Assembly: GCA_965649225.1 (NCBI GenBank)
Contig: CBFGJX010000022.1
Span: forward strand, 8,561 to 41,101
Length of the DNA stretch: 32,541 nucleotides
Source: a candidate division WOR-3 bacterium
GTDB lineage: Bacteria > Hydrothermota > Tepidihabitantia > Tepidihabitantales > Tepidihabitantaceae
Reading direction: 5' to 3'
The translations under genes were made by a program, and so were the position numbers. Positions 1-7,912 of the stretch are shown here, piece by piece; position 1 is the stretch's first letter, and the number at the start of each line of letters is the position of its first letter. The notes under the pieces were generated by a model. The model did no database searches and had not been told where the DNA came from. It was given only the letters and a program-made list of their open reading frames with translations.

Positions 1-3
1 AGG

Positions 4-1656
4 CTAGCCGAGGATGGCCTTGAGGTCGTCGTCGGGCGTGGTGATGGGGGTCAGCTTGAAGGTGTCGACAATTATCTTCAGCAGGTTGGGGGTCAGGAAT
101 GCGGGCAGGCTCGGCCCGATGCGGATGTTCTTGATGCCCAGCGCAAGCAGGGTCAGCAGCACCGCGACCGCTTTCTGCTCATACCAGGAGAGGATGAGCG
201 AAAGGGGCAGGCCGTTGACATCGGTGCCGAACGCCTTGGCGAGTGCGGCGGCAATCTGGATTGCCGAGTAGGAGTCGTTGCACTGGCCGACATCGAGCAG
301 GCGCGGGATGCCTTCGATGTCGCCGAACTCGAGCCGGTTGAACTTGAACTTGCCGCAGGCGAGCGTGAGGATGACCGAGTCTTTGGGAACCTTCTGGGCG
401 AACTCGGTGTAGTAGTTGCGCTCGGGCTTGGAGCCGTCGCAGCCGCCGATGAGGAAGAAGTGCTTGATCTTGCCGGACTTGACCAGCTCGATGACCTTGG
501 GCGCGGCGGCCATCACCGCGTTGTGGCCGAAACCGACGAGGATGGTCTTCTCCGGTTCGTCGGCGGGGAAACCGGGGGCCTCGAGCGCAGCGTTGATGAC
601 CGGCGAGAAGTCCTTGTCCGGGCCGATGTGCTTCACGCCGGGCCACGCAACGAGGCCGGTGGTGAAGATGCGGTTGAAGTAGGAGTCGCGCGGTTTCTGG
701 ATGCAGTTGGTCGTCATCACGATGGCGCCGGGGAAGTCGGGGAACTCTTTCTGCTGGTTCTGCCAGGCGGTGCCGTAGTGGCCGACCAGATGTTTGTAGG
801 CTTTGAGCTTTGGATAGCCGTGACAGGGCAGCATCTCGCCGTGGGTGTAGACGTTGATGCCCTTGCCCTCGGTCTGCTTGAGGATGAGTTCGAGGTCGCG
901 CAGGTCGTGGCCGGAGACGAGGATGCACTTGCCCTTGACCGGGGTGACGCGCACCGGGGTCGGTACCGGGTGGCCGTAGGTTTCGGTGTTGGCCTTGTCG
1001 AGCAGCTCCATCACGCCGAGGTTGAGCTTGCCCGTGGCGAGAGCCTCGTTGACAAGCGTGCCGGCGTCCTGCTTGTCCCGGGCCAGGAGGTCGAGGATAC
1101 GGTGCAGCTCGGCGTAGAGCTTGTCGTCGTCATACCCGAGCACGTGGGCGTGGTCCATATAGGCGCAGGTGCCCTTGAGTCCGAAGAGCACGAGGTCGTG
1201 CAGGTCGGCGGTGTCGTCACCCCACAGCTCGTGGCGCTTGAGGATGCCCTTGTCGCGGCCCTGCTCGACCAGGCCGGCGATGTCGGGCGCCGGCTGCCAG
1301 GCGGCCGGACCGGAAAGGGTTTCAACGGGCCTGCCGGCCTTCTTTGCGGCGTCCTCGTAAAGCCTGCGGGCGCGGTCGCGCATCTCGGCGGCGCGCTTCA
1401 GAAACCCGTGCAGGCGTTCGGGGTCGAAGTCGACGTTGGTGATGGTCGAAAACATCGCCTCGGCGGTGAAGGCGTTGACCTCGGGGTCGGTCGCGCCGAG
1501 GGCGCGGGCGCGGTGGGCGTACTGGGCGATGCCCTTGGTCGCGTATATCAGCAGGTCCTGCAGGACAGCGGTGCGCTCGTCCTTGCCGCAGACGCCCTGC
1601 ACCGTGCAACCGGTGCCCTTGGCGGTCTGCTCACACTGGTAACAGAACATACCCAT
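4..1656 (-). CDS. hcp: Hydroxylamine reductase / hybrid cluster protein (prismane), ~550 aa
   Basis: N-terminal MFCYQCEQT...GC...GVCGK cubane motif, plus ILVSGHDL, YTHGEMLP, TTNC, GGCDG, LACGK, GQCNDSY and SWYEQKA hybrid-cluster motifs. Start moved from 1791 to ATG 1656, which has an AAGGAGG RBS at 1663-1669. Confidence 0.97.
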   Translation of the reverse strand: MGMFCYQCEQTAKGTGCTVQGVCGKDERTAVLQDLLIYATKGIAQYAHRARALGATDPEVNAFTAEAMFSTITNVDFDPERLHGFLKRAAEMRDRARRLYEDAAKKAGRPVETLSGPAAWQPAPDIAGLVEQGRDKGILKRHELWGDDTADLHDLVLFGLKGTCAYMDHAHVLGYDDDKLYAELHRILDLLARDKQDAGTLVNEALATGKLNLGVMELLDKANTETYGHPVPTPVRVTPVKGKCILVSGHDLRDLELILKQTEGKGINVYTHGEMLPCHGYPKLKAYKHLVGHYGTAWQNQQKEFPDFPGAIVMTTNCIQKPRDSYFNRIFTTGLVAWPGVKHIGPDKDFSPVINAALEAPGFPADEPEKTILVGFGHNAVMAAAPKVIELVKSGKIKHFFLIGGCDGSKPERNYYTEFAQKVPKDSVILTLACGKFKFNRLEFGDIEGIPRLLDVGQCNDSYSAIQIAAALAKAFGTDVNGLPLSLILSWYEQKAVAVLLTLLALGIKNIRIGPSLPAFLTPNLLKIIVDTFKLTPITTPDDDLKAILG

Positions 1657-1678
1657 CTGGTTCCTCCTTGGGTTCGGG

Positions 1679-2020
1679 TTACTCCAGCATTCGGGCGGGC
1701 GCGGCCGGCTTCGGCGTCTTGACGACGAGGAAGCGCAGCAGGCCCGCGGTTTCGTTGACAATCCGGTGCGGCGAGTTCGCGGCCGATGCAAGCAGCGCGC
1801 CGGTTTCGAGCGTGACGCGGCCCGATTCGAGCTCGACCGTGGCCGTGCCCTCGAGCACGTAGAAGAACGAGTCGACCGCGACCGAGTGCCGGGGCAGGCT
1901 TGAACCCGGCTCGAGCGCGATGTGGATGACCTCGACGTGGTCGGTGGCGTGCAGGCGGTGGGCGTCGAAGCCTCTAGTGCCAGGCACGCGGGGAGCGGTC
2001 TGAATCGTGACGGGGTTCAC
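1679..2020 (-). CDS. Cupin domain protein
   Basis: Cupin motifs LEPG..LPRHS...FFYVLEG and AN.PH.I.N; 4-nt overlap with the upstream gene. Confidence 0.88.
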   Translation of the reverse strand: MNPVTIQTAPRVPGTRGFDAHRLHATDHVEVIHIALEPGSSLPRHSVAVDSFFYVLEGTATVELESGRVTLETGALLASAANSPHRIVNETAGLLRFLVVKTPKPAAPARMLE

Positions 2021-2868
2021 CTCACCTCCCGGCCGTCGGTGTCGACCGTTACCTCGGCGTAGGGGATGGTCCTGCCTGAGGCGGCGATGGCCTGCTTGAC
2101 AAGGTGGACAAGGCCGAAGCAGCAGGGCACAGTCATATGCGCCACGGTCACGGAATTGGGCGCGTTCTCGCGGAAGATGGCAGTCAGTTTGGCAAGATAA
2201 GCCTGGGCGTCATCGAGCTTGGGGCAGGCGATGAGCAGGACGCGGCCGCGGACGAGCGAGTCGTGGAAGTTCGGGTGGGACGAGCCGACGCAGTCGGCGG
2301 CGATGAGCAGGTCCGCGTGCTTGAGGTAGGGCGCGGAGACCGGCACGAGCGTGAGTTGGATCGGCCAGTTGCGCAGACGCGAGGGGCGCGCAGCCATGTC
2401 GTCAACACCGCCGCAGCAGCAGGGTTCGGCCGGCTCCGGGGCAAGCTCGCGTACCTGTGAACCGGGGCAGCCGCACGCCAGGGTCGCGCAGGCGCAGTCC
2501 GACTTCTCTTCGGCCGGAACGGGGATGCCGCGCTCCTTCAGGTAGGCGACTGCGGCGTTGTACCAGTCACAGGCGCCGTGGTCCTTCAGGTGCTTGAGGT
2601 GCGCGGCGATGGTATTGGGCCCGGCCTTGACGATGCCTTCCATCACGCGGGCTTCGTCGTAGGGCTCGGCCGGGCGCTCGACCACGGTCATCGCGCCTTC
2701 GGGGCAGTTGCCGACACAGGCGCCCAGGCCGTCGCAGAACAGGTCGGAGATCAGCCGGGCCTTGCCGTCGATGACCTGCAGGGCGCCTTCCGGACAATTC
2801 GGGATGCACTGGCCGCAGCCGGTGCACTTCTCTTCGTCAATGCTGATTATCTTGCGCGTGGCGGGCAT
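2017..2868 (-). CDS. 4Fe-4S dicluster protein of the type often found next to hcp
   Basis: CTGCGQCIPNCP and CDGLGACVGNCP ferredoxin motifs, a Cys-rich linker (CGCPGS), and a C-terminal domain with NWPIQL, AADC, ACPKLD and MTVPCC motifs. Confidence 0.9.
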   Translation of the reverse strand: MPATRKIISIDEEKCTGCGQCIPNCPEGALQVIDGKARLISDLFCDGLGACVGNCPEGAMTVVERPAEPYDEARVMEGIVKAGPNTIAAHLKHLKDHGACDWYNAAVAYLKERGIPVPAEEKSDCACATLACGCPGSQVRELAPEPAEPCCCGGVDDMAARPSRLRNWPIQLTLVPVSAPYLKHADLLIAADCVGSSHPNFHDSLVRGRVLLIACPKLDDAQAYLAKLTAIFRENAPNSVTVAHMTVPCCFGLVHLVKQAIAASGRTIPYAEVTVDTDGREVR

Positions 2869-3286
2869 CTTTTCCTCCGAATTTCACTTTCACGTCGGAC
2901 AGGCGGGTGCGGGCGAGCCTGTCGGCCACCTTGCGGTTGAGCGAGCCGAAGAACCTGCCCAGGACGCAGCCGCTGCCCGAGCAGACCGGCACGCCGAACA
3001 GGCAGGGCCGGGACCGCAGTGGGCCCTCAACCGCCTCGTAGACCTCAAGCAGGGATATATCGCGGGCGGACCGGGCGAGCGTGTAGCCGCCGGCCGGACC
3101 GCGCTGGCCGCTGACCAGCCCGGCGCGCTCGAGCCGGGCCAGCACCTTGGCGAGGTGCGCGCCCGATGCTTTCAGGCGGGCGGCGATTTCCCGGACGCGG
3201 ACCCGGCGACCGCCGGTTTGGGCCAGCAGTGCCATGCTGTGCAGGGCAAGGTTGGCCGCTTCGGAAACGCCGTAGGGTTGATTCAT
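2837..3286 (-). CDS. Rrf2-family transcriptional regulator (IscR/NsrR-like, three Cys)
   Basis: Winged-HTH pattern (HL.KVL..LERAGLV.G.RGPAGGY.LAR..DISLLEVYEAVEG) and the Cys cluster CLFGVPVCSGSGC. Confidence 0.93.
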   Translation of the reverse strand: MNQPYGVSEAANLALHSMALLAQTGGRRVRVREIAARLKASGAHLAKVLARLERAGLVSGQRGPAGGYTLARSARDISLLEVYEAVEGPLRSRPCLFGVPVCSGSGCVLGRFFGSLNRKVADRLARTRLSDVKVKFGGKDARHAQDNQH

Positions 3287-3323
3287 TTCGGTATCAGAAT
3301 ACCGAAATTGACCGACCTGTCAA
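3285..3323 (-). promoter_or_regulatory. Sigma70-like promoter (TTGACA-16-TATTCT) with overlapping 10-4-10 inverted repeat, probable Rrf2 operator
   Basis: -35 at 3323-3318 and -10 at 3301-3296. Perfect inverted repeat ATTTCGGTAT-caga-ATACCGAAAT at 3285-3308 covers the -10 and part of the start codon. Confidence 0.75.
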
Positions 3324-3343
3324 GCCGGATTTTTCGGTTCGGC

Positions 3344-3709
3344 TCAGGTCTGTTCCGGGCCGGCCGGTTGCCCCGGCGGCAGCAGGTCGGGGTCAAAAAG
3401 GTACCAGTGGACCCGGGCGTAGAGGTTTTCGGGCCCGGCGCAGGAGGCGCGCAGGCGGTCGAACAGGCTCTCGGCCGCGCCCGGGCAGTCGCGCAGGCGG
3501 GCGGCGATCGAGGCGGCGACATCGGCGCGCACCCGTTCGTTCGACGCCGCCGGGCCGGCCACGAACTCGATGGCAAGACCGGTGCCGGCGGCGGCGTAAC
3601 CGACCCGGGCGACGGTTTCCTTGTAGAAACTGTGGACAAGTTCGAAATGCGGCCGGGAAGTATCCACCCGACCGGTCGGGAGCGACGGGTTCACCGGCTC
3701 TGGCTCCAT
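3344..3709 (-). CDS. Hypothetical protein, 121 aa
   Basis: ATG overlaps the end of the upstream gene on the same strand; globular-looking composition; fills the gap before the Rrf2 promoter. Confidence 0.6.
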   Translation of the reverse strand: MEPEPVNPSLPTGRVDTSRPHFELVHSFYKETVARVGYAAAGTGLAIEFVAGPAASNERVRADVAASIAARLRDCPGAAESLFDRLRASCAGPENLYARVHWYLFDPDLLPPGQPAGPEQT

Positions 3710-4824
3710 TCGAGAATCAGCCGGGCCGCGCGTTCTGCTCCACCGAACAGTTCAGGATGCCAGCCGGCACGGGCCATCGCTTCGAGCCTGCCAGAGGTGC
3801 GCAGTCCGACAAGACGCGGGCCGAGCGTGCGTGCGTCGGCCGGCGTCGCCACCGGCTGGCACACGCCGCGTTCGTGCGCGAAGCGGTAGTTGAGCGGTGC
3901 AAACGGACCGATGTGGGGCAGCAGACAAAAAAGCGGAACGCCGAGCGCGACCGCGCGGCCGGTGCGTTCGTGAGCGGCGGCAACCATCAGGTCGAGTGAT
4001 CGCACCGCGGCGCATTCGCGGGCTGTCGCCTCGGCGCGGCACGAGCCGGCACAGACTGTGCGGCCGGGCGCGGCGAGACCACGCGCGCGGTCGGGCCGGT
4101 CTCCGGCAAACACGACGGCACGCCAGCCCTGGGTTTCGATTGACCGGGCGGCCTCGGCCAGCAGCTGGAGATGGGGCCGGGGGTAGGCACCCGAGGTGAA
4201 CAGGCCGACCGTGAGCGGCCCGGTCGAGCGGATGCGCTCGATGCGTGCGGCAAAGTCGTGCGCGGCGGTGCGCTCAAGTTCCGGTTCGAGCACGAGGCCG
4301 GTGACCGTCACCGTGTCGGGCCAGGCGCCGGCCGCGGCGAAGTCGGCTGCGGTGGCTTCAAGCGGGACAAGCGTGCGCCAGGCGCGGGGCACGACCGCTG
4401 AACGCGGGGCGGCAATCTCGGCGTGCAGGTAAACGACCCGGCAGGCATCGGCGAGGATGTGGGCGAGGAGGGGGTGGTCAACCACGCAGATTCCGGCTCT
4501 GCCGGCAAGGCGCCGGCGCAGGCCCGCGCCGAGCAGGGCAAGCGCGAACCGGGAAGGTGAGGCGCCGGAGCGCAGGCGATTGTAGAGCGCAGCGGCGCCG
4601 CTGCCCGAGCCGGCAAGCTCATAGGCTGTGCGCGCCGCGCGCCAGGCCTGCCGGTTGATTGGCGAGCCGAGCGAGAAGACGGTCTGCTCGGATAGAAGGC
4701 CGGGCTGAAAACCGGGCTGGCTCCTGAGGGCCTCAAGTACCGAATCGAGGTACGATGGGTGGCCGCGGCCCACTTCTGAGCAGACCGTGACGATGCGCGC
4801 GGTCGGGCTGATGGCGTCGTTCAC
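3691..4824 (-). CDS. Hypothetical protein, GT-B glycosyltransferase-like
   Basis: N-terminal CSEVGRGHP resembles the GxGH motif of MGDG synthase/MurG-like GT-B enzymes; also VVDHP, VTVTG and a C-terminal GAERAA helix. Confidence 0.65.
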   Translation of the reverse strand: MNDAISPTARIVTVCSEVGRGHPSYLDSVLEALRSQPGFQPGLLSEQTVFSLGSPINRQAWRAARTAYELAGSGSGAAALYNRLRSGASPSRFALALLGAGLRRRLAGRAGICVVDHPLLAHILADACRVVYLHAEIAAPRSAVVPRAWRTLVPLEATAADFAAAGAWPDTVTVTGLVLEPELERTAAHDFAARIERIRSTGPLTVGLFTSGAYPRPHLQLLAEAARSIETQGWRAVVFAGDRPDRARGLAAPGRTVCAGSCRAEATARECAAVRSLDLMVAAAHERTGRAVALGVPLFCLLPHIGPFAPLNYRFAHERGVCQPVATPADARTLGPRLVGLRTSGRLEAMARAGWHPELFGGAERAARLILEWSQSR

Positions 4825-4880
4825 TTCAGCAACAGGTCAGTATGACCGGGGAGGCCAAAATTTGCCGAGTGTCACAGTCC

Positions 4881-4908
4881 AGCTTACAACGCTCCGGAGT
4901 CGGGTCAA
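4881..4908 (-). promoter_or_regulatory. Putative sigma70 promoter TTGACC-16-TAAGCT
   Basis: Lies ~55 nt upstream of the GTG start at 4824. Confidence 0.45.
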
Positions 4909-5399
4909 TCAGATGTCCGGGCAGGCAACTGGTTACAGTCCCGCGGCGTGGGTCCGGTTCGCGCGCTGGGACAGTGTCAGATGTCAGCTCAGGCGGCCGT
5001 GAAAACAGAGCAGGTCAGATCAGCAGCGTTTCTGCTTCAACCGGCTTGTCGGGCTAAAGCCGTGTCAGCGGGACAAGCCGACAGGCAGGCGATAGTAAAG
5101 AGAACGGTCGCCGGAGGTGTCCGGACTGGAGCCGATGTCGGCGATTCAGCGATGCTACCCGTACCCGCTGGGGCCAGAGCTGTGGCAGGAGTCACTGGGG
5201 GGTGGTGGGGGAGGCAGGAGGGCCTGTTTGGTAAGTGATTGCCAGTAATGATGTTAGTTGGTAAATGCCACGGACGGCGTGGTGCGGGCTGGTGTCTGTA
5301 GTTCGCCGGGTACAATGCCAGGAATCTCAGACAGGGAAGTCTGGTCTAAGCGGCAGTGACGGTAGTGCCATGAGATTCCGTATATATTAGGAGGAAAAG

Positions 5400-5642
5400 A
5401 TGTTGCGCAGGCTGCTGTTGTTGTTGATTTTCGCAGGTTCGGTATGGGCTTCCTGCGGTGTCGGTGCTGGTCGGGGGGCAGCGATTGATTGTCGTCCCGG
5501 GCTGAGGCGGGAGCTGCCGCCAGTGCTGCTCGAGCGCTGGGTTCCAGTTCGCCTGCCGGTACTGGCTTGGGTTATGTTCTCTCCTGACGGGAAAGTGCCG
5601 CTGCCGGTTCTGTTGACGCTGCCGCCGGCAAATGGGCGGTGA
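5400..5642 (+). CDS. Small exported or lipoprotein-like protein, 80 aa
   Basis: AGGAGG RBS at 5389-5394, 5 nt before the ATG; signal-peptide-like N-terminus MLRRLLLLLIFAGSVWASC. Confidence 0.55.
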   Translation: MLRRLLLLLIFAGSVWASCGVGAGRGAAIDCRPGLRRELPPVLLERWVPVRLPVLAWVMFSPDGKVPLPVLLTLPPANGR

Positions 5643-5705
5643 GCACAATGCCCTGATTGCCTCGACATCACCGGCAACGATGTCACAGGTTCCTGTTTTG
5701 CTGCG

Positions 5706-5733
5706 TTGACAGAGCGCTTAATGAGGCTAGAAT
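5706..5733 (+). promoter_or_regulatory. Sigma70 promoter TTGACA-16-TAGAAT for deoC-kbl
   Basis: Near-consensus hexamers ending 16 nt before ATG 5750. Confidence 0.7.
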
Positions 5734-5749
5734 TGCGGCCGTTGTAACG

Positions 5750-6439
5750 ATGCAGGCAAGAACGAACGGTTTGGCTCGTTACATCGAACATACTTTGCTG
5801 AGGCCGGACGCAACGGTTGCTCAGGTTGAGCGGCTGTCTGCCGAGGCCCGTAAGTACGGTTTTTACGCGGTCTGCGTCAACGGCTGCTATATCGAGCCGG
5901 CCCGGCTCTGGCTGGCTGGTTCGGGTGTAAAGGTTGCGACGGTAATCGGTTTCCCGCTCGGGGCGATGCTTTCCTGGGCCAAGGCGGCCGAGGTAAGACT
6001 GGCACTGGCGGCGGGTGCCGATGAGCTGGACATGGTAATGAACATCGGCTGGCTGAAATCTGCCCGTTTTGATGCCGTCCGAGACGACATTGCCGCAGTC
6101 GTCGCGGCTGCCGCGGGCCGGCCGGTGAAGGTGATTATCGAGACGGCGTTGCTTACGACCGAAGAGAAGGAAACCGCCGCCCGACTGGTGGTTGATTCGG
6201 GAGCGGCGTTTGTGAAGACTTCAACCGGTTTCCTTGGACCGGGCGCAACCGTTGAAGATGTCAAGCTGCTGGCGCAGGTGACCGGCGGCCGCATCGGCGT
6301 CAAGGCGTCCGGCGGCATCAGAGATCTCGCAACCGCCCGGGCGCTGATTGCTGCCGGCGCCACACGTTTGGGAACCAGTTCCGGAGTGGCAATCGTCGAG
6401 GCAGAACGCACGGCTGCCACAGAAAACAGTTCGTTTTGA
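5750..6439 (+). CDS. deoC: Deoxyribose-phosphate aldolase
   Basis: [42 protein letters not shown] (Schiff-base Lys), [17 protein letters not shown]. Start placed at ATG 5750 downstream of the promoter; TTG 5771 is an alternative. Confidence 0.96.
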   Translation: MQARTNGLARYIEHTLLRPDATVAQVERLSAEARKYGFYAVCVNGCYIEPARLWLAGSGVKVATVIGFPLGAMLSWAKAAEVRLALAAGADELDMVMNIGWLKSARFDAVRDDIAAVVAAAAGRPVKVIIETALLTTEEKETAARLVVDSGAAFVKTSTGFLGPGATVEDVKLLAQVTGGRIGVKASGGIRDLATARALIAAGATRLGTSSGVAIVEAERTAATENSSF

Positions 6440-6452
6440 GGAGGAAAGTCGA

Positions 6453-7703
6453 ATGGCCTACACCAAGCTGAAGGACTTCCTGCAGGCCGAGTTGAAGAGC
6501 GTGCAGGAAGCCGGGCTCTACAAGCAGGAACGATACATTTTCGGACCCCAGGGTGCCGGTATCCGGGTCGAGTTTCCTGCCGGCGCGCCGCAGAAGGAAG
6601 TGCTGAACTTCTGCGCCAACAATTACCTGGGTCTGTCCAGCCATCCGGAGACAATCAAGTCGGCCCACCGGGCACTGGATGAGTGGGGCTACGGGCTGTC
6701 GTCAGTGCGATTCATCTGCGGCACCCAGGACATCCACCGCCAGCTTGAGCGCAAGATTGCCGATTTTCTCGGCATGGAAGACTGCATTCTCTACTCGTCG
6801 TGCTTCGATGCCAACGGCGGCCTGTTCGAGGTGCTGTTCAAGGAAGAGGATGCGATTCTGACCGACGCGCTCAACCATGCTTCGGTGATTGACGGCATCC
6901 GGCTGTCGAAGGCCAAGCGCTACATCATCAAACACATGGACCTCGCCGACCTGGAAGAGAAGCTGAAGAGCGAAGAAGTCCAGCGGGCGCGGTTCCGGGT
7001 GTTCGCCACCGACGGCGCGTTCTCGATGGACGGCGATGTGGCGCCACTGAAAGAGATCTGCGACCTCTGCGACAAATACGACTGTCTGGTGATGGTCGAC
7101 GACTCCCATGCCACCGGTTTCATGGGCAAGCACGGCCGCGGTACTCACGAGCACTGCGGAGTGATGGGTCGCGTCGATATCATCACTTCGACGATGGGCA
7201 AGGCACTCGGCGGGGCGTCCGGCGGGTTCACGGCAGCACGCAAGGAGATCGTCGAGATTCTGCGTCAGCGTTCGCGGCCCTATCTGTTCTCCAACACCCT
7301 GCCCCCGGTGATTGCCTATTCGGCTATCACCATCATCGACCTGCTTTCGCGGACGACCGAACGGCGGGACAAGCTGGAGCAGAACACGATGTATTTCCGC
7401 AAGGCGATGACCGAGGCCGGGTTTGATATCCGGCCCGGCGTCCACCCGATCGTGCCGATCATGCTCTACAACGCCAAGCTCGCCCAGGACTTTGCCCGCG
7501 ACATGTACGACGAGGGCATCTACGTTATCGGCTTCTTCTATCCGGTGGTGGGCAAGGGACTGGCGCGGATCCGGGTTCAGCTCTCGGCCGCCCACGAACG
7601 GGAACACATCGACCGGGCTATCGCCGCATTCGTTCGGGTCGGCAAGAAGTACGACATTCTGCACAAGACCCGCGACCAGATCGTCGAGCGTTACGGCCTG
7701 TAA
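6453..7703 (+). CDS. kbl: Glycine C-acetyltransferase (2-amino-3-ketobutyrate CoA ligase)
   Basis: [51 protein letters not shown] (PLP Lys), [25 protein letters not shown] before ATG 6453. Confidence 0.96.
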   Translation: MAYTKLKDFLQAELKSVQEAGLYKQERYIFGPQGAGIRVEFPAGAPQKEVLNFCANNYLGLSSHPETIKSAHRALDEWGYGLSSVRFICGTQDIHRQLERKIADFLGMEDCILYSSCFDANGGLFEVLFKEEDAILTDALNHASVIDGIRLSKAKRYIIKHMDLADLEEKLKSEEVQRARFRVFATDGAFSMDGDVAPLKEICDLCDKYDCLVMVDDSHATGFMGKHGRGTHEHCGVMGRVDIITSTMGKALGGASGGFTAARKEIVEILRQRSRPYLFSNTLPPVIAYSAITIIDLLSRTTERRDKLEQNTMYFRKAMTEAGFDIRPGVHPIVPIMLYNAKLAQDFARDMYDEGIYVIGFFYPVVGKGLARIRVQLSAAHEREHIDRAIAAFVRVGKKYDILHKTRDQIVERYGL

Positions 7704-7720
7704 CGAAGGAAAAGCATCGG

Positions 7721-7754
7721 CCGGGGCGCGCCAACCGCGCGCCCCGGTGTTTTT
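7721..7754 (+). terminator. Rho-independent terminator after kbl
   Basis: 10-bp GC stem CCGGGGCGCG/CGCGCCCCGG, 7-nt loop, followed by TGTTTTT. Confidence 0.85.
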
Positions 7755-7769
7755 GGCCGATAACTGAGC

Positions 7770-7797
7770 TTGACAGCGGACACAACACACATACATT
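7770..7797 (+). promoter_or_regulatory. Sigma70 promoter TTGACA-16-TACATT for the envelope operon
   Basis: Immediately downstream of the kbl terminator and ~115 nt before ATG 7913. Confidence 0.65.
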
Positions 7798-7800
7798 TGA

Positions 7801-7867
7801 CGGCAAGGGGATACGACACAGTGTATCCCCTTGTCGCTGGCAACGCGACGCGGCCGCCACCGGCGGC
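7801..7867 (+). promoter_or_regulatory. Structured 5' leader (multiple hairpins)
   Basis: 14-bp stem 7801-7814/7823-7836 (one G-U pair), a competing GTCGC/GCGAC stem at 7833-7849, and a GCCGCC/GGCGGC stem at 7853-7867. Confidence 0.45.
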
Positions 7868-7912
7868 GGCGATTGATATGTTCTTGCACATCGACAGCTA
7901 AAGGAGGCTGGA

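Noticed and set aside
460..1722. Long antisense and alternate-frame ORFs (e.g. 460-1722, 2708-3889, 6702-8141, 10547-11680, 21298-22722)
   Set aside because: They shadow well-supported genes, have no motifs or RBS, and are expected in high-GC DNA with strong codon bias.
1657..1791. N-terminal extension of the hcp ORF; similar over-extended starts for deoC (5657), kbl (6348), 11760, 22523 and 25883
   Set aside because: They overlap neighbouring genes or promoters; family N-termini and RBS positions support the downstream starts.
5042..5082. Resemblance of GGGCTAAAGCC...TCAGCGGG...GCCGA to the P2 arm of a c-di-GMP-I riboswitch
   Set aside because: The GGCAAAC...GNRA P1 arm is missing and no gene follows closely.
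5232..5259. Possible dif site (TGATGTTAGTT resembles the XerD arm)
   Set aside because: Only 8 of 11 bases match and there is no XerC arm at 6-bp spacing.
5037..5315. 92-aa minus-strand ORF in the intergenic gap
   Set aside because: No RBS, low-complexity Pro/Ala/Thr composition, no recognisable motif.
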